Shown: positions 60,359 to 64,000 of the stretch, in pieces
Layout of the letters: every line of letters starts with the position of its first letter
Position numbering within the stretch: the first letter of the stretch is position 1
Assembly (NCBI GenBank): GCA_951406725.2
Contig: OX597837.1
Coordinates: 27,156,001-27,220,000, forward strand
DNA from: Octopus vulgaris
Lineage: Eukaryota
Length of the DNA: 64,000 nt
Direction: 5' to 3'
Program-made: the position numbers and the translations under genes
The notes under the pieces: model-generated
Told to the model about the DNA's origin: nothing
Databases searched by the model: none
The model's input: only the letters and a program-made list of their open reading frames with translations

Positions 60359-60690
60359 GGCGCAGGACTGGCTCTGTGGTAGAGTATCATGTTTGCCAAC
60401 CACACGGTTCCGGGTTCAGTCCCACTGCGTGGCACCTTGGGCATGTGTATTCTACCACAGCCTCGGGCCGACCAAAGCCTTGTAAGTGGATTTGGTAGAT
60501 GGAAACTGAAAGAAGCCCGTCGTATATATGTGTTTATGTCCCCGTCACTTAGCGGTTCGGCAAAGGAGACCGATAGAATAAGTACAAGGCTTACAAAAGA
60601 ATAAGTCCCGGGGTCGAGTTGCTCGATTAAAGGCGGTGCTCCAGCATGGCCGCAGTCAAATGACTGAAACAAGTAAAAGAGTAAAGAGTA
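60359..60690 (+). mobile_element. SINE family A copy
   Basis: Match to family A with an internal deletion. Confidence 0.87.
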
Positions 60691-60696
60691 TACGTG

Positions 60697-60764
<68 letters not shown>

Positions 60765-61106
60765 CTCACCCCCACACATACACACAATATATTTGACATA
60801 ATGACACAAAACCGTTTTAAATGACAATGTCACGCATTTTTGTGTCTGACCTCTGACACGAGAAATTTTCCATGACAAAAGGAAAATTTCAAATTTCTGG
60901 TGATAAAAAAAATTTAATTCGACGAAAAACAAAAGGCAAGGATTATTAATGTAGCAAATACAGTTGAATAATAATGGTGCGTGTGTATATATATATACAC
61001 ACACAGACACTCATACATATTCACACCCACAGACATACACTAGGAAGTTTTATTATAAACGCATGCATAACCAAAGAGGCGTTTATAATCTATCTATACA
61101 TCTATA

Positions 61107-61778
61107 TACTCTTCTACTTGTTTCAAGTCAGTTGACTGTGGCCATGCTGGAGCACCGCCTTTTAGTCGAGCAAATCGATCCCAGGACTTATTCTTTTGCA
61201 AGCCCAGTACTTATTCTATCGGTTGCTCCTTTGCCGAACCGCTAAGTGACGGGGACGTAAACACACCAGCATCGGTTGTCAAGCAATGCTAGGGGGACAA
61301 ACAAAGACACACAAACATATATATATATATATATACATACATATATACATACATACATACATATGTATACATACATATGTATACATACATACATACATAT
61401 ATACATACATACATACATATGTATACATACATACATATGTATACATACATACATATATATATATATACATACATACATATATATATATACATACATACAT
61501 ATATATATACATACATACATATATATATACATACATACATATATATATACATACATACATATATATATACATACATATATATATACATACATACATACAT
61601 ATATACATACATATATATATACATACATACATACATATATACATACATACATATATACATACATATATACATACATATATATATACATACATACATACAT
61701 ACATATATACATACATACATATATACATACATACATACATATATACATACATACATACATATATACATACATACATAT

Positions 61779-61809
<31 letters not shown>

Positions 61810-61822
61810 CATACATACATAT

Positions 61823-61855
<33 letters not shown>

Positions 61856-62143
61856 TACATACATATGTATACATACATACATATACATACATATGTATAC
61901 ATACATACATATACATATACATACATATGTATACATACATACATACATATATACATACATACATATGTATACATACATACATATATACATACATACATAT
62001 ATACATACATACATATATACATACATATGTATACATACATACATATATACATACATACATATGTATACATACATATATATATACATACATATGTATACAT
62101 ACATACATATGTATACATACATACATATATATACATACATACA

Positions 62144-62179
<36 letters not shown>

Positions 62180-62190
62180 TACATATGTCT
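61107..62190 (-). repeat. SINE family A 3' half whose internal microsatellite runs into ~870 bp of (TACA/TA)n
   Basis: SINE tail at 61107-61315 followed directly by the tract; the SINE head is absent. Confidence 0.88.
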
Positions 62191-62904
62191 ATACCCAGAC
62201 AAAATGCGAAATATTCTACTGGCAGAGAGGATTACAAAGAAATGCGCAATTTTTTTAAATCTTTGATTTCGAAATACTCTTGACTTTTTTTCTTTTTCTT
62301 TTTTTTTTTTTTTTTTTTTGAATTTTTGAAAAAATGAAAGGTGCCAAAAAGGCATTCTTTCGATATAACTCGACAAAAAAAATCAAAACACTTCGTTTCG
62401 GGTATTTCCGTGGAAGCAAGCAAATGACAGTTCGATTCTTCTGTTTTCTGCTTGGACATTTTTCGGGATTTTTACATAAACACATAAAACAGGTAAAAAC
62501 AAATAAAGGCAATCTTTCGTCAAAAAAATTTTTTTTTACGGAAATCGACGGAAAGGTCTACTAGAGACGAAAGATCGCCCAAATAGAAAATATGCAAGGC
62601 TTTTTTTTTTTTTTTTCTTTCTTCAAGCTTACAATGAGAAATTGCTGGCATAAATTTCGTTATAGCTATATTCCACAACAACCCACGGAAACACCCGAAG
62701 TGAAATGGTCTCGACCTTGTCGAGCTTTGTCGAAGGAAATGTCCATGGAAAAAAAAAAAAATAATCGTAATCTTCTTTATGTTGAAATGAAAAGACATAA
62801 ATAGGAAAAAAAAACAGTTTGAAAAAAAACATGTCGAAGAATATAAAAAGATATGATCGGTTATATGCTTCGCAAAGAACAACGCCTATAAATATTTATT
62901 TATT

Positions 62905-63420
62905 CTACACACACATATATATATATATATATAACGGGAAGCTTTATGAAAATAGACAAACACACACACACATTCTGCACACGCACACATATATATATAT
63001 TCACACACACATATATATATATATATTCACACACACATATATATATATATATATTCACACACATATATATATATATATTCACACACACACACATATATAT
63101 ATATATTCACACACACACACATATATATATATATTCACACACACACATATATATATATATTCACACACACACACATATATATTCACACACACACACATAT
63201 ATATATTCACACACACATATATATATATTCACACACACACATATATATATATATATTTATATATATATATACACATATATACACACATACATTCTACACA
63301 CACACATTCTGCACACGCATACATATATATATATGCACACACACACACATATATATATACACACATACATTCTGCACACACACATATATACACACACACA
63401 CATTCTGCATATACACACAC
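62905..63420. repeat. Compound (TA)n-TT-(CA)n microsatellite array
   Basis: Seen directly. Confidence 0.93.
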
Positions 63421-63659
63421 AAACGTGCGTAGAATATTTTGAAGTTTTAATGCAGCCACACACATCATAAATGTACAGAGAGTTATTAAAAGACATTTTT
63501 TCCATTCATTTAAACCGTTAAACGTTAATGTATCAAAATAACAGTTTTCAAATTCCAGCACACGGACAACAAATATATATTAATGAAAGAAGCAATGAAG
63601 TCTGGAACCATGATTAATAACTGTGATGGCGGTATATCTACACATCGCACTAATATAAA

Positions 63660-64000
63660 TATATACACATTATACATACATGTGTGTATAGATGAATATA
63701 TAAACACATTTAAATGTCTATATACACTTTTGGGCGATCTTTCTGATACTTAGAAATAACTTTAGATCTTTGTATGGAGTGAATGGTTACTTCTATGAAA
63801 ATATATACACACATTATACATACATGTGTCACATTATACATACATGTGTGTATAGATGAATATATAAATACATTTAAATATCTATATACACTTTTGAGCG
63901 ATCTTTCTGCTACTTAGAGACAACTTTATAACTTATATTCGTCCTAAATAACTTTGTATAGAGTGAACGGGTTACCTCTATGGAAATATATACACACATT
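63660..64000. repeat. Tandem ~165-185 bp unit running off the window end
   Basis: CACATTATACATACATGTGTGTATAGATGAATATATAAA...GCGATCTTTCTG...GAGTGAA(T/C)GG occurs twice and starts a third time. Confidence 0.82.

Noticed and set aside
61242-62376. Long 290-365 aa ORFs (MYVCMY..., YIHT...)
   Set aside because: Translations of a (TACA/TA)n microsatellite that lacks stop codons; not genes. The same applies to ORFs at 18275-19030, 20723-21886, 57153-57845 and 62819-63470.

Overview
This is repeat-dense, AT-rich animal genomic DNA. The tRNA-derived SINE, RTE-LINE, MITE and microsatellite landscape strongly suggests an octopus (inference). One host gene spans almost the whole window on the minus strand: a NET1/ARHGEF3-type RhoA guanine-nucleotide exchange factor. 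Seven phase-compatible exons can be read by hand (60086-60256, 56262-56349, 48978-49043, 28472-28564, 11840-12016, 3878-3940, 2854-2950). They give MLKFFFCEPAIPSYRRRFSLSSAASIMDLTELTF-KRKRKKDDDSISIHSLDTSSFK-NKKHRSMLRVSSLANLLSPAKPAKKMGRALQ-KSLNFKVP...EIKRQE-AIFELYQGELDLIQDLGVVKT-TYHDSMKKLHLLSNEELQRIFGFLDSLIPIHQ. The rest of the DH-PH module lies left of the window. The introns hold a decayed Tigger/pogo transposase, an internally deleted mariner, RTE and BovB-like LINE ends, at least four tRNA-SINE families, two TTAA-targeting (piggyBac-type) MITE families, an 8-bp-TSD GG-ended MITE, tandem arrays and long microsatellites. Most ORFs in the supplied track are repeat or microsatellite artefacts. 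The most striking non-coding signal is a complete minimal type I hammerhead ribozyme (40351-40411) in the sense orientation of the RhoGEF intron, sitting in the loop of a ~137-bp-arm inverted repeat (Penelope-like architecture). Other leads are an array of constant-stem/variable-loop hairpins, a TIR element carrying telomere-like repeats next to the start-codon exon, closely spaced inverted SINE pairs (ADAR or circRNA substrates) and candidate alternative first exons.
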